64,000 nt of DNA, from positions 118,627,304 to 118,691,303 of the forward strand of contig JASCQW010000001.1 of the NCBI GenBank assembly GCA_030264375.1. The letters are read 5' to 3'. Below, piece by piece: positions 1 through 11,337 of this stretch. Below the pieces are notes generated by a model, which saw nothing but the letters and a program-made list of their open reading frames with translations, did no database searches and was not told where the DNA came from. How positions within the stretch are numbered: the first letter of the stretch is position 1; each line of letters begins with the position of its first letter. The translations under genes and the position numbers were made by a program. Origin of the DNA: Carcharhinus longimanus (lineage: Eukaryota).

Positions 1-161
1 AATGCATAATACAGAGGCTTCACCTTGCATCTGCCTCCCAATCGCCCTTTACCCATTCAGATGCAGTGAGTCCACATCATATAGCAAAGCCGCAGGGTTT
101 GTTTGCATTGTACTCACAGAGAGTGCCTCACCACGACAATGGTCTGATAAGTAACCAACAC

Positions 162-385
162 AGTAAGAAGTCTCATAACACCAGGTTAAAGTCCAGCAGG
201 TTTATTTGATAGTAAACACCACAAGCTTTCGAAACGCTGTTCCTTCGTGCCACTCACCTGACAAAGGGACAGCGTTCCAAAAGTTTGTGGCATTTACTAT
301 CAAATAAACCTGTTGGACTTCAACCTGGTGTTGTGAGACTTCTTACTGTGTTTACCCCAGTCCAACGCCAGCATTTCCACATCAC
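162..385. mobile_element. Fold-back Penelope-like element remnant (inverted 3'-end copies) with a 13-bp target-site duplication
   Basis: Long inverted arms (cagtaagaagtctcataacaccagg ... cctggtgttgtgagacttcttactg). Flanked by aagtaaccaacac at 149-161 and 386-398. Degenerate hammerhead cores inside. Confidence 0.75.
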
Positions 386-1820
386 AAGTAACCAACACCC
401 AGGGCACTGCAGTTGTCCCGGATGGCTTTTGCCTTAGGGTGAGACTTGACCCAGTTATTTTTGACACAGCAGCCAATGACAACACCTGCCCTTCATACTC
501 CTCGCTGAGGATTTAGGAGATTTGCAAAAGCATTGCTTTCAGAGGATGACTATTCTTGTCATGGTCCAGCTCCCAAAGGCCAATCCTTTCTGTATACTCT
601 CAGTCAATGAGCTCAGCCATGCAATGAATTCAGATCGAGTTGTGTGCTGTGCCTTTATCCAAGGATCATATAAATCACCGTTAGGCAGCTGTCCAGGAGC
701 AATGTTTGATCCTCAAAGATAATGAGACTGCTTCATCTAGATTAACATACACCTCTGACACCACATACATACTTCTCTTACAGACATTTGTATATTTCCC
801 GATTGACTCTTACTTTCCTAGTTCAGCGTCACACACGGGGAGAGTGGGGACTAAACATGGAATAATATTCAGCATTAAACATGAAGACAGGAACAAGCTA
901 TAGAGAAACAAGGAAGTCTATGGATTTTGAAGTTTGATGCTACTTTTTTCAAATACTCACTCTCATAAAATAAACACCATTGTAAAGTACTTCATGGAGA
1001 AACAATTATGAGGTTTAGTTGCAACAACTACTTGTGCCATCCACAAACAACAAACATCAATGTGACAACAACAGGTTGACCACTAACATTGCTGAGCACT
1101 TCTCCAGAGACCAGAGCGTATTTGTCTCAGATTACAGGCTGATGGGTGTTTTGGCCAGCCATCGGTGCAGTTCAAATGTCACTGATGTGAAAAAATAAAT
1201 AAAATCTACTCTCTGTGGTGAGTTTGTGTGAGAATTAATGGCCACTGAAGATTCTGATGCGAGTTTATTATGGGGGGCACATGTTTGACCCGCAAATAAA
1301 CGCAGGACTTTAAATCACATTGAACGTCAATTGACTCTGTGAAGTTTGAAAATTTTATAAAATATATTCACAGAAGTGAAAAATATATACATGATTGAAC
1401 ACTCTCACCCTCAGTGCACATTCAAAACTTAGAAATCTTTCTTACTGTATTGCTCTGTTGAGGTGCAGCCCTAACATGCACAGCTGAGGTGCAGGCAGCC
1501 TGCTTTGTGCTGTGCCCTGTTGTCAGAGATGACTTTGACAGGCATCCTCTGGTGGTCTGAGACTTTGAGGGCCACAGCCTTCTGAGAATCTCCTGCTTGG
1601 AGATAGCTGCACCTTCCTCAGCCTGACTTGCTGGAGTTGATGGGGTCACCGGCAGAGGGCACTCTTGAAATGTCCTGGTGGATACCACTGGGATGACTAG
1701 CTGGTTCCCCTCTTCCTTTTCTGACTCCTTGGGAGAAGGGACACCTAAGGGGAAGTCGAAATGGCCCATTGCCCTCTCACCGAGCAACTGATGGAACGCA
1801 CCCGTGGCTAGAGGGATAGT

Positions 1821-2002
1821 CACAGTAAGAAGTCTCACAACACCAGGTTAAAGTCCAACAGGTTTATTTGGTAGCACAAGCCATTAGCTTTCAGAGTGCT
1901 GCCCCTTCATCAGGTGAGTGATGAAGCTGGTGAAACTTTAAGCTGGTGTTATGAGATTTCTTACTGTGTTTACCCCAGTCCAACACTGGCATCTCCACAT
2001 CA
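1821..2002. mobile_element. Second fold-back Penelope-like remnant, inserted into the Harbinger remnant
   Basis: Same family as 162-385. TSD-like tagagggatagt (1809-1820) and tagatggatagt (2003-2014). Confidence 0.75.
1886..1916 (-). ncRNA. Minimal hammerhead ribozyme motif (Penelope-type)
   Basis: Minus strand reads cacCTGATGAaggggcagcactctGAAAgct: both catalytic-core boxes are intact around a short helix II. Confidence 0.55.
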
Positions 2003-3626
2003 TAGATGGATAGTGTGCAGGTCCAAATGAAATCCAGCAGAAACTCATGGTCCTGTGTCTCCAAGGCAGCTGTCTCCCTCCCAACCAAAACTTTGATGCA
2101 TTTGCACACCCAAGCCACAACATCAGACAGAATGTGGATGGACTTTTCCATCTTTTGTTCCAGGCGGCTGACAGTCTCTAACAAATCTGCCTGATGTTCT
2201 CCTGCCTGTCACTGCATCTCCAACATCTGTCGTAAGAATAATTCCAGAGGTTCTTCATCAGACATGAACTCAGCAGACGTTTGATCACCAGCAGTGATCA
2301 GAGTGTCAGAGATCTTGGCTGCTACTCCCTACATCTGCTGTGGGCACATGTCTGTGAGGCGGTCGCAAATTGTAAACCCAAACCTACTCTAAAGTTGGGT
2401 CCCACAGTGGTGCGTGCAGCTGGTGGAGGATGCAGGTCCACACCATGACGGATCTTCAACTGAGGATAGGTCTGTTTCCTCTTCAGAGGTAGTCTGGGGC
2501 CCAGGGCTGATTCCTCTTGTCAAGGACGTCCTCCTCTGTGTCTTGCTGGTACCTGAAATATAGAGGAGAGATTTAGTGATTGACTAGGCGAACACATATT
2601 ACAGATCACTCAGTTGTTGCCCACGTTTTTATTGTAGGCTGGATTGCACACTCACTGGCTTGTTGGGGGAGGCCAATCTCCCCTTCCACTCAGGTGCGAT
2701 CCCTATGTTTACCAACCAGCTCTCTGGCCTGTTCCTCAAATGGTGAGAGGGTCCCCTGGGTGGCTGGAAAATTCTAGCCCATGTTTCAGTAACGTCAAAT
2801 AAATCAAACTCATATGAGTCACTGAATTATCTATCTTGTTATGAATGTTTTGTTCATCCAAATATAGCACCTTTATTTTTTGCCTTTTATTATCTTTCAC
2901 TGATGTGGGTAGGCTGAGTTACTGGTGCTATATTAGCATTATTAAAGTCTCTGGCCTTTACAGGCATTATCTGCTTGATTTTACCCAAATTGTTATCCTG
3001 CTTTATGGCCTTTGTCTTTTGTCTTCAGACTTACAAAATTATTCCTTGTCTGAACCTTACTAATGTGTCCTCTGCCAACCTAGTTATTCGATTCAGCAGG
3101 ATATTAGTCCCAATCTAGTTTAACTGGAGTCTATCACAAAGGGACAGGTCCCGCATTGCTGTTCGTATGAATAAAGCTTTTGTTGTGTCTCCACGAGATT
3201 ACACACTGAAGAATTTTCAAAGTAGCATTCTCCCCTTTTTCATTTGGGACCATGAAGTTTTTTAAAAAAAATCTCTTCCATCAGCTGGGCCAAATCATTT
3301 GGTTCCTTCCTTGTAGCTTCATTTAAAGGTAAAGGTAGAGTCCATAGAATCATTATCCATTTCAGTCATGGATACTGATTCAAAGCTAATCATCTCTTTA
3401 TGGCATGAAATGCTGACTCCAATTTCATCTGACTCTATTCCAATTCTATTCACGTTAGCAACAATAGCTCATCCATCCTGCAACTCTTCAAATGCAAGTC
3501 ATGCTAGGTGTCTAAATACAGAGGGCATCAGAGGGGAACCTAACTCTGAGTCTATGAATTCTATGAAAGTATTTCAAATAACCAACCATTTTACGCAGAC
3601 AGCCATTTTAAACTGGAAATAATTCA

Positions 3627-3934
3627 GAGAAACCCAAAATGCAAAAGGAGGCCATTCTGTCTATCAGGTCTGCACCAACCACAATCCTACCCAGGCCCCA
3701 TTCCCACAACCCCACATATTTACCTTGATAATCCCCCGACACTAGAGTCAATTTAGCATGACCAATCAACCTAACCCCCACATCTTTGGACTGTGGGAGG
3801 AAACTGGAGCACCCGGAGGAAATCCATACAGCCACGAGGAGAATGCGCAAACTCCACACAGCCAGTGACCTGAGGCCGGAATTGAATCCGGGTCTCTGGT
3901 GGTGTGAGGCAACAGGGCTAACCACTGTGCCGCC
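3627..3934 (-). mobile_element. tRNA-derived SINE (shark HE1/V-SINE-like), near full length
   Basis: Head ggcggcacagtggttagc (A box) and ggattcaattcc (B box-like), core ...ctccagtttcctcccacagtccaaagatgtg, CR1-like tail. Confidence 0.8.
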
Positions 3935-4000
3935 TTAATAATTGTGATTTTACAATTTAGGTACTCAGCAAATGTTATGACATAGAATAAATTATTGGAT

Positions 4001-4835
4001 GTTCTGATGAGAGGTTATTGACCTGAAACATTAGGCTAGATTTTCATCTTTGAGGGAGGTAGCGAGAATTGAGTAATTTCTAAGCTTCACATGCCCGTTA
4101 GGGAAGAAAATGTCTGCAAAGGCTGGATTTTCATTCCGGGGAAGAGCAGCTAAATGGAGTCAGGTCTGCATATCCCAAAATAACTGATTGGCAGACACAG
4201 GGGTTGCATGATGTGGAGGTGGGCTGTTTAAAATGTCTGCCTTGGTGCTCTGGCACTTTGTCTCTGTTGCACTAAAATCAATAAAATGAAAAAAAGCCCT
4301 CCAGCCCTCACCTTTTGCACCCCCTCATCTCCATATCCATCCATGCCAACTTATACCCCTCATCCATCTTCTTCCATGACCCCTCATGCCCCCCACACCA
4401 ATCTTTTTCCAATATCCAAGATGCTTGAACCCTCATATCCACCGTGCAGTTCTATACCCAGTAGATACTCTTATACAGAGCCTCTGAATATTTTAGCAAC
4501 CTTTAACAATGTCAGTCATTTGTAAAAATTCCTTTTACTACAACACTTCAAAAATGTCAATCATCCAGATCTTTTAAAATATCAGTGGCAGAAAGTGCTT
4601 GTACTTGAAATCACTTTATCTTGTGTAAATAGCTTTCTGCAATTGACAATGGTAGATCACTGAGAAAGAGCTGTCAGCACAGTAATGTTTTCCTTGGAGA
4701 TAGCTGTTTCAACAGAATAATGAATGTCTAGGCTCTTACACAAGCCTCATTATGCACTCTTGGCTCTCTCTTGTCTGACCTGCTGGGTAATTTCCAGCAT
4801 TTTCTGATTTCCAGCATAGGTAATATTTTGTTTTT
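4001..4835 (+). mobile_element. Penelope-derived short repeat (hammerhead head at 4004-4028, tail at ~4765-4835), split by a non-autonomous DNA element (~4034-4760)
   Basis: ctgatgagaggttattgacctgaaacatta at the start, and ...tctgacctgctgggtaatttccagcattttctg at the end. The insert resembles 38600-39513. Confidence 0.5.
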
Positions 4836-4859
4836 GGATAAATTATAAACTGACATTCA

Positions 4860-6924
4860 AATAATGTTTGTAGAAACATATTTATTAGTGCTAGTGATGT
4901 TTCATGGACATAAGATATTATACAGATACAAATAGATTAATTGCTGCTAACTTAATTAGCAATCTACTGTGTGAAAAACATTGCAAAATAACATTTCCTG
5001 CAATGAAATTTGATTTTACTCCTGAACCTTGACCTGAAAGAACCTTTAGTGAGAAGCTTCAGAAGCCACGATTTTCTGATTATAAACAACAGCAAAAAAA
5101 ACCCATAAAGAACAAATAAGCTACAACAAAACAGACTCAAGTAGAACTTGGCACATACTGTAACATTTTCACCATTCAGCTATAACACAAAAGTTGAACC
5201 TTGCCTTATAACGTCTTTGTAAATTAACACATAATAATGCATATGTCATACTAAATGCTCAATATTATGGAACATAAAAAAAATGGCTAGACCTTGAACC
5301 ACCAGTCTAGAAACAGTCTACTCAACATGTCTATACATCAACTACATTGAAACATTTCATTTTTGTGTAACTTTTAAACAGGCTGACTGTATAAACCTGT
5401 TTTATACATGGCAAAAATAAGAAAAAAGTTCAAGTTGTTCAATTATTTTGAAACATGTAGTCAACGCTTTGTTTCACAGAAAGATTTGTTTGTCATGTGC
5501 AAGGATTTACAATGAATCACTCTAAGGCATTAATTATTTCAGTTTCCACAGGCCTAGTGCTTTAGTAGCATGATGACTTCACCTTGTGTCCAAGCTGATT
5601 CTTCTCTTTGTCCTTCTGTTCATGTTCTAAGCTAGGTTTGACAATCATACAAGGTTCTCAAAATTGTTGGCTCATAAACCCAAAAAATGCTTTTGAATGT
5701 AGAGTAGCACCATAAGAAATCTGTTTGACATTACATGTTCTGTGGCCTTTCTCATCCGTTCCAGGCTTTAATATTTCTCTTCAGTTTTGGTTCATCCACA
5801 GTTTCCAAAGTTGAACTTGAAAAATGGTAATGTGGTGTACATATTTTAACCTTTCTATTTTGTCTCACTCACTGGGATTTGTAGCACTTAAACTTATCAA
5901 CAGTTTGATTACAGATTTTTCAGCACATGGAATAATTATAAAGGTACTGTTAAGGAATTGTAGTTTGCAATTTTTCTTTCCTTTCAATTCTGTGATCATT
6001 TTGCGCATTCCATTGTGGAAATACTATGTTTATCTGGTTATCTATTAATTTAATTTTCATACACATACAATTCATATGCTTACAACCTCAGGTGATTTAC
6101 ATACAGTCCAGAGACACATCGAATAGCTACAGCCTGAAAGCAGGCCCCACAATATCATTCTAAGTGCAAACTACCAACATATATATATAAAAAAACTATC
6201 CTGGGACATTCCAGTGGCAAAATATAGAAAACGCTATCAGGATTTTCAATGCTCTCAAATCTGTTTTTGGTACTGAAGGAATTCACAGCTTGCTACATTG
6301 CTCATCTGCATGAAGTCATGTAACAGAGAGACATGATCACAGGTAATACAGTCAGTAAAGACATCTAGTTCAAAAAAAATGGGAAAAAAGACTGGCAGAG
6401 CCCCATAAATTATGCAGTAAACGGTTTGCCTTTATACTGTAAAACCACATGTTGAAGATTGAACAGTACAGAGAATGCATCTTCCCTCCTTTCATTGTCC
6501 TTGGTATCTGACAAAGTAAAACTGTGATTGAGACACAGAGAAGCTAGCTCATTGTGCTCTGATGTAGCTTCATTCCTATGGATATTGCAGGTGGCTGAGA
6601 TGAAGAGTAGAGTAGTCTGCATGGGGATATATTTCACTGAGTGAACCTCTGTAGTCTTTAGTGACCAAAGTCAACACAGCACACAAACCTTGATAATCAT
6701 CCTGCAGGAAGGCAGTATTCTGTGACTGCAGTTTAATTCCCAGGCTAACTGTTAGCCTGCACTTGGAGTTTACATTGAACCTTCTACTGGAATACCTCAC
6801 CTGCACACAGTCAACTCAACAATACACATCTTTCAGTTCCTCACTACACTGTCAATATAAAAAAGTTCAGGTTATTTTTGCTTTTGTTAAAAAAAGAGAA
6901 ATGGAAATCATACTGAGGATCAGA
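4860..6924 (-). other. Probable TLL1 3' UTR (~2.06 kb)
   Basis: AT-rich stretch after the stop with no recognisable repeats. It ends near an AATAAA on the minus strand (4881-4886), and repeats resume just beyond. The 3' end is inferred. Confidence 0.55.
4881..4886 (-). terminator. Candidate polyadenylation signal AATAAA for TLL1
   Basis: tttatt on the plus strand at the distal edge of the repeat-free segment. Confidence 0.45.
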
Positions 6925-7059
6925 TTACTTTTTGGTGTGAAGGGCATCTTGGAACTTTGTACTTGTATATCGTATATGGAATCCCTTTTTGTTTATTGTG
7001 TCGTCAGTATGGAAATGAAGTAAAATGGCATTTCCTGTTGAATAGATTTCTTCAGGTGG
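6925..7059 (-). CDS. TLL1: Tolloid-like 1 last coding exon ([44 protein letters not shown])
   Basis: Acceptor tttttacag|CCA, 135 bp ending in TAA. Completes CUB5. [17 protein letters not shown] and HTKK match TLL1. Confidence 0.94.
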   Translation of the reverse strand, partial: PPEEIYSTGNAILLHFHTDDTINKKGFHIRYTSTKFQDALHTKK

Positions 7060-7136
7060 CTGTAAAAATAAAAATAAACAAATAATAATAACTACCTTGT
7101 AAAAGACAACTGGACCCAGAAAATACATGACAATAA

Positions 7137-8600
7137 CTTGTACTTATTTAGTGCCTCCAACCTAGTAAAACCTCCCAAGACATTTCATAGGAGCATAATC
7201 AGACAAAAACTGACAATGAGAACCAAGAGATATCAGAGAAATGGAGAACAAGATTTCTTGTTAGCTATATGGCTGCACAAATGGGTAGCAATCAGGAATG
7301 TGTGTGCAGGAAACAGGAAGCTTGTATATAAACAGCGACCCTTTTAAGATGTGTGCTTGTGTGACTACATGGCAATCAAATGGCTGTGTACAACAAAGAA
7401 GCATTAGAGAAAATAGCAGTGGAGAAATTGAAAAGTTCAGCAGAGGAATTCCAGAACTTAGGGCACGACAGCTGAAGGCATGCCACCTATGAAGGGGAAA
7501 AGGGAATGGGAATGTATAAAAACCAGAACTGGTGGTACATAAAGTTCATGAGGGATTGCAGGGTTGGAGATGGCTGCAGAGATATGGTGCAGTGAACCAT
7601 GTAGAGATTTTAACACAAGGATAAGACTTTTAAAGTCGAGGCATTGTTGGAATGAGAGCCAATCTGAGGTTCATGAGCAAAGGAGAAAATGGTACAGGCT
7701 AGGATGCTGACAGCTTAAATTTTGGATGTGTTCATCCAAAATTGAACACAATTTTGTGGAAAATGAAACGCCAACCAGGAGAGTGTTAGAATAATGAGTC
7801 GAGTCTGGCACAGTCAGGTCTGGAGGTAACAAAAGCCAAGTTAAGGGTTTCAGTAGAATTTAGGCTGAGGCCAATGAGGTTACTGAGGTGAAAATAGGCA
7901 GCCTTTGTGATGGGGAGGATATGGGGTCACAAACTTAGTTCAGGGTCAAACAGGATACTGAGGTTGTGAGGTTGTGAAGAGTCCTGTTCAAATATATAAA
8001 CTGGCTAGGAAGAAGGATTGGGGGAGTCAGGGGTGAGGAAGCAGAATTTCCGGTAGGAATTGGAAACAAAAATCAGTCTGACAATGCAGAGGCAGATGTC
8101 ATCAGTGTACATGTGAAACCTGATGACATGTCTTTAGATGATGTCACTAAGGGCACATGTAAAGTTTAATGTTTATTTATTAGCCTAGTTGCCACATTCT
8201 GGTGCCTGTTCAGGTCCACTGAGAGAAAATTTAGCATGGGCAATGCACCCAACCAGTATGTTCTTCGGACTGTGGGAAGAAACCGGAGTACCTGGAGGAA
8301 ATCCACGCAGACACGGGAAGAATGTGCAGACTCCACACAGACAGTGACCCAAGGCGGGAATTGATCCTGGGTCCCCTGTGAGGCAGCAGTGCTTGAGGGT
8401 AAAATAGAAGGAGATCAAGGATAATTCCTTGGGAGACTCTGGGGCAAAGAACTGGGGGAAGAAATTCTCTAGCTACGACTAGATAGATAAGAATTCGAAC
8501 CAGGTGAGGGTAGTCCTACTCATCTAGACAACAGAGGAATAGCATTGGAGGAGGATAGCAATATCAACCATGTCAAAGTTCTGCAGAGATTGAGAACATA
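7137..8600 (-). mobile_element. Decayed L2-clade LINE, interrupted by a SINE
   Basis: Minus strand encodes RFHMYTDDICL (YADD motif, ~8087-8120) and a GVPQGS-like motif (~8420-8440). L2-like 3' end near 7140-7230. Confidence 0.65.
8161..8393 (-). mobile_element. tRNA-derived SINE, variant with a taataaataaac-type tail
   Basis: Same core as 3627-3934, tail as in 18931-19217. Confidence 0.75.
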
Positions 8601-8619
8601 AGAAGCAAGGTCAGCAGTA

Positions 8620-8968
8620 GAGTAAAAGATCCCCGAAGTCTATTCTGCCACTCAATATTATCATGGTCGATTTGCCTTAATTCCACTCTCCCACCTGCTC
8701 CCCTTATTCCTGGATTCCCTGAGAAACTAAAAATCTGTCGATATCAGCTTGAAACAAACTCAATGATGGAGCCTCCACAAAACTCTGGAGTACAGAATTT
8801 CAAAGATTCATAACTCTGAGTGTAGAAATTTCTCCTAATTTCAGTCTCAAGTGATCAATCCCTTATTCTGAGCTGTGGGCCATGTTCTAGATTCCCCACC
8901 CAACAGAAACAAGTTCTTAGTCTCTATCTTGCAAATCACTTTTAGAATTTTGCATGTTTCAATTAGAT
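8620..8968 (-). mobile_element. Decayed CR1 LINE 3' fragment
   Basis: Similar to the other CR1 tails in the window (e.g. 61249-61790). Confidence 0.55.
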
Positions 8969-9515
8969 AATTATATCTGTGAACATATATTTGTGTAAGG
9001 TTCACTGTGAAAACAAAACAGTTATTATTTTATGGAAGAAAGAAATGGTTTTGAATTTCTATAGGGTTCTCCTTCAAGAGCTTTGACAGTAACTTGGCCT
9101 AACCTCCAGTGGGATGGTGTAATACATGAAACACTTAATTACACCATTTATCCGGGAACTGCCAATATGCCAAAGTTAGAGAGGAGGATTGGGACAATTG
9201 CCACAGAAATTCAAGGCCATTAACGTGTTTCACATTATTTAAGAGGAAGTGTGATAAATGTATGAACGAGAAAGGAATAGAAGGATTTGTTGATCGGGTG
9301 AGATGAGGGAAAGGTGGAAGGAGGCTGGTCTGGATTACACATCTGTGGGTTGTATGTTTCTGTGTGGTAAAATTATGTGTATATTTGGTTAAATCTAAGG
9401 AGTNNNNNNNNNNAGTAAATTTAATCAATTTCATTACCATTTTATAGGATTGTAAAGTTTACATAGTAAGTAGTCAGAGAATAACAAATGGCTAAACCAC
9501 TGTCACATTTCTTAC

Positions 9516-9766
9516 CCCTGATCCGCAGAATTGTCCAAGCCTTGAAGCTGTTGTATCAAAGCCATCAAACAGTTCAATAAAGTCATAGCCACAGTCAGCT
9601 TCCACTTCCACTTCAAATGTCTGGAACGACAACTCCACCCCATAACCTTTTTCTGCTATAATTTGCCACTCACAGTCTACTTGACCTGGGTAGTTGTTGT
9701 CTCCAAACTGCGCATGGGAATACAGATCCTTGGATTTTATTTCAGCTTTCAGTCTCCCACCACATT
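9516..9766 (-). CDS. TLL1: Tolloid-like 1 exon, CUB5 N-terminal part ([84 protein letters not shown])
   Basis: Read by hand. Acceptor tttgtttcag|AA, donor GGG|gtaaga, 251 bp, phase 1 to 0. [21 protein letters not shown] is TLL1-type. Confidence 0.95.
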
Positions 9767-10074
9767 CTGAAACAAAGAATTCACAGCAGTGTCACAGATT
9801 TGTACTACAGCATATCTCTTCACAAGAACACAATTACAGACATGGACCTTTTTATTTCACCCACTATGGCAGCCAATTGTACTTTAAATGCCAAAGAGAT
9901 TGAGCCTGAAGGTCCATTTCATGCTCTGATCACTGTATATTCTAATATCTGCCCTTAATTTGACATGCACTCCCTTGTTCTATTCTAGAAATTCAATTAA
10001 AAGTAACTCACCCGATTTAACCTTTTCAATTTGAGCACACACATACATGTGATATTGAACCTGCCAAACCCTAC

Positions 10075-10335
10075 TGCAGTACTGTTACCCTTGAATCAGA
10101 ACATTGCGGGTTCAAGTTCCACCCCAGAGACACATGCACAAAATATAGGCTTGACACTGCAGTGCAATACTGAGGGAATGCTGCATTGTCAGAGATACCA
10201 TTATTTGAATGCGACTTTAAATGAGGCCCTGTCCATTCTCTCAGGTGGATGTAAAGTATTTAAAGGCACTATTCTAAAGAAGAAGATTGGAGTCATATTT
10301 GATATCCTGGTTAATGGTTATCTCAAAAATCTCAT
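10075..10335 (+). mobile_element. Deu-domain SINE (SacSINE1/AmnSINE1-related)
   Basis: B box gggttcaagttcc, then tactgagggaatgctgcattgtcagag...ctctcaggtggatgtaaa...ggcactatt...aagaag, resembling the Deu domain as recalled. Confidence 0.65.
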
Positions 10336-11089
10336 CAATCAATCCTGGTAGGGAATGGAGATATAGAGGGGTTGAATGTCCATGGTGAAAAATAGAATGT
10401 TGAACTTTGTAGCCAAGAGTAGAATATAGGCCAGAGGGCAAACAACATGCCATACTTCTGTTTTCATTTTTAGTCGAGAAGCAAATCCATTAAAAGATCT
10501 GAGTAATAAACGAAATGGTAGCATTTATTCACTATTATCCCCAGATTTGTCCAACTTCAAAATAATGCTGGAGAACCAGGAGCAAATGCCAAAAGCAGGG
10601 TAGTGCGAAAGATGGAAAGCTGATAGGTTATTGACCTGAAGTGGTAACTCTCTTCACAGATGCTGCTTATTTTCTGTAGTTTCTGCAGCATTTTCAATGA
10701 CCACATGATCACCAGATTCAGGTATAAAAAGAAAAGAGCACCAAACACCATTTAGCAGTTCCATGGATTAAACATGTTTAAGGCAGCATTTTGCACCTTA
10801 TTACATGTTATTCAACAAATCGATGAACAAATTTCCTGTAAGGTATTTTATTGTTTGCTTCAATTTTCACCTGTAAAGATCCAGTCAGGCTGTGCAGAGC
10901 TACAGCAAAGCATCAGCTATAGACTTACTCTTCATCTACCAATGCTCAAAACATTTCCACAAGAATTGCAGGATTAGGTATCATGACTCAGGCAAATGTA
11001 TTTTTCATTAAATGCTTCTAGTGCCCTCATAGCTTGATAAATAGTTGCTGAATAATTTAATCTTGAGTTTATAAATAAGTTTGTTAAAG

Positions 11090-11337
11090 ATAAGAACATA
11101 CATAAGAACATAAGAAATAGGAGCAGGAGTAGGCCATCTGGCCCTTCGAGCCTGCCCCGCCATTCANNNNNNNNNNNNNNNNNNNNNNNNNNNNNNNNNN
11201 NNNNNNNNNNNNNNNNNNNNNNNNNNNNNNNNNNNNNNNNNNNNNNNNNNNNNNNNNNNNNNNNNNAGCTCAACCCCCTCAACTCCGGTATCAGCCTAGT
11301 AAACCTCCTCTGCACTCCCTCCAAGGCCAAAATATCT
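11090..11337 (-). mobile_element. Young CR1 LINE 3' fragment spanning an N gap
   Basis: KDILALEGVQRRFTRLIPELRGL, and the (ttcttatg)n tail. Confidence 0.85.

Larger units (their letters stand above)
1430..2760 (-). mobile_element. Decayed PIF/Harbinger Myb/SANT (NAIF1-like) accessory ORF, with a remnant intron
   Basis: Minus strand reads TLSPFEEQARELVGKHRDRT*VEGEIG, then a gtgag...ctctcctctatatttcag intron, then a S/T/P/E-rich segment. Stops and frameshifts are present. Family assigned from recalled motifs. Confidence 0.5.

Noticed and set aside
159-2002. Repeated palindromic units superficially like CRISPR repeats
   Set aside because: Only dispersed retroelement-derived copies: no regular spacers, no cas genes, eukaryotic context
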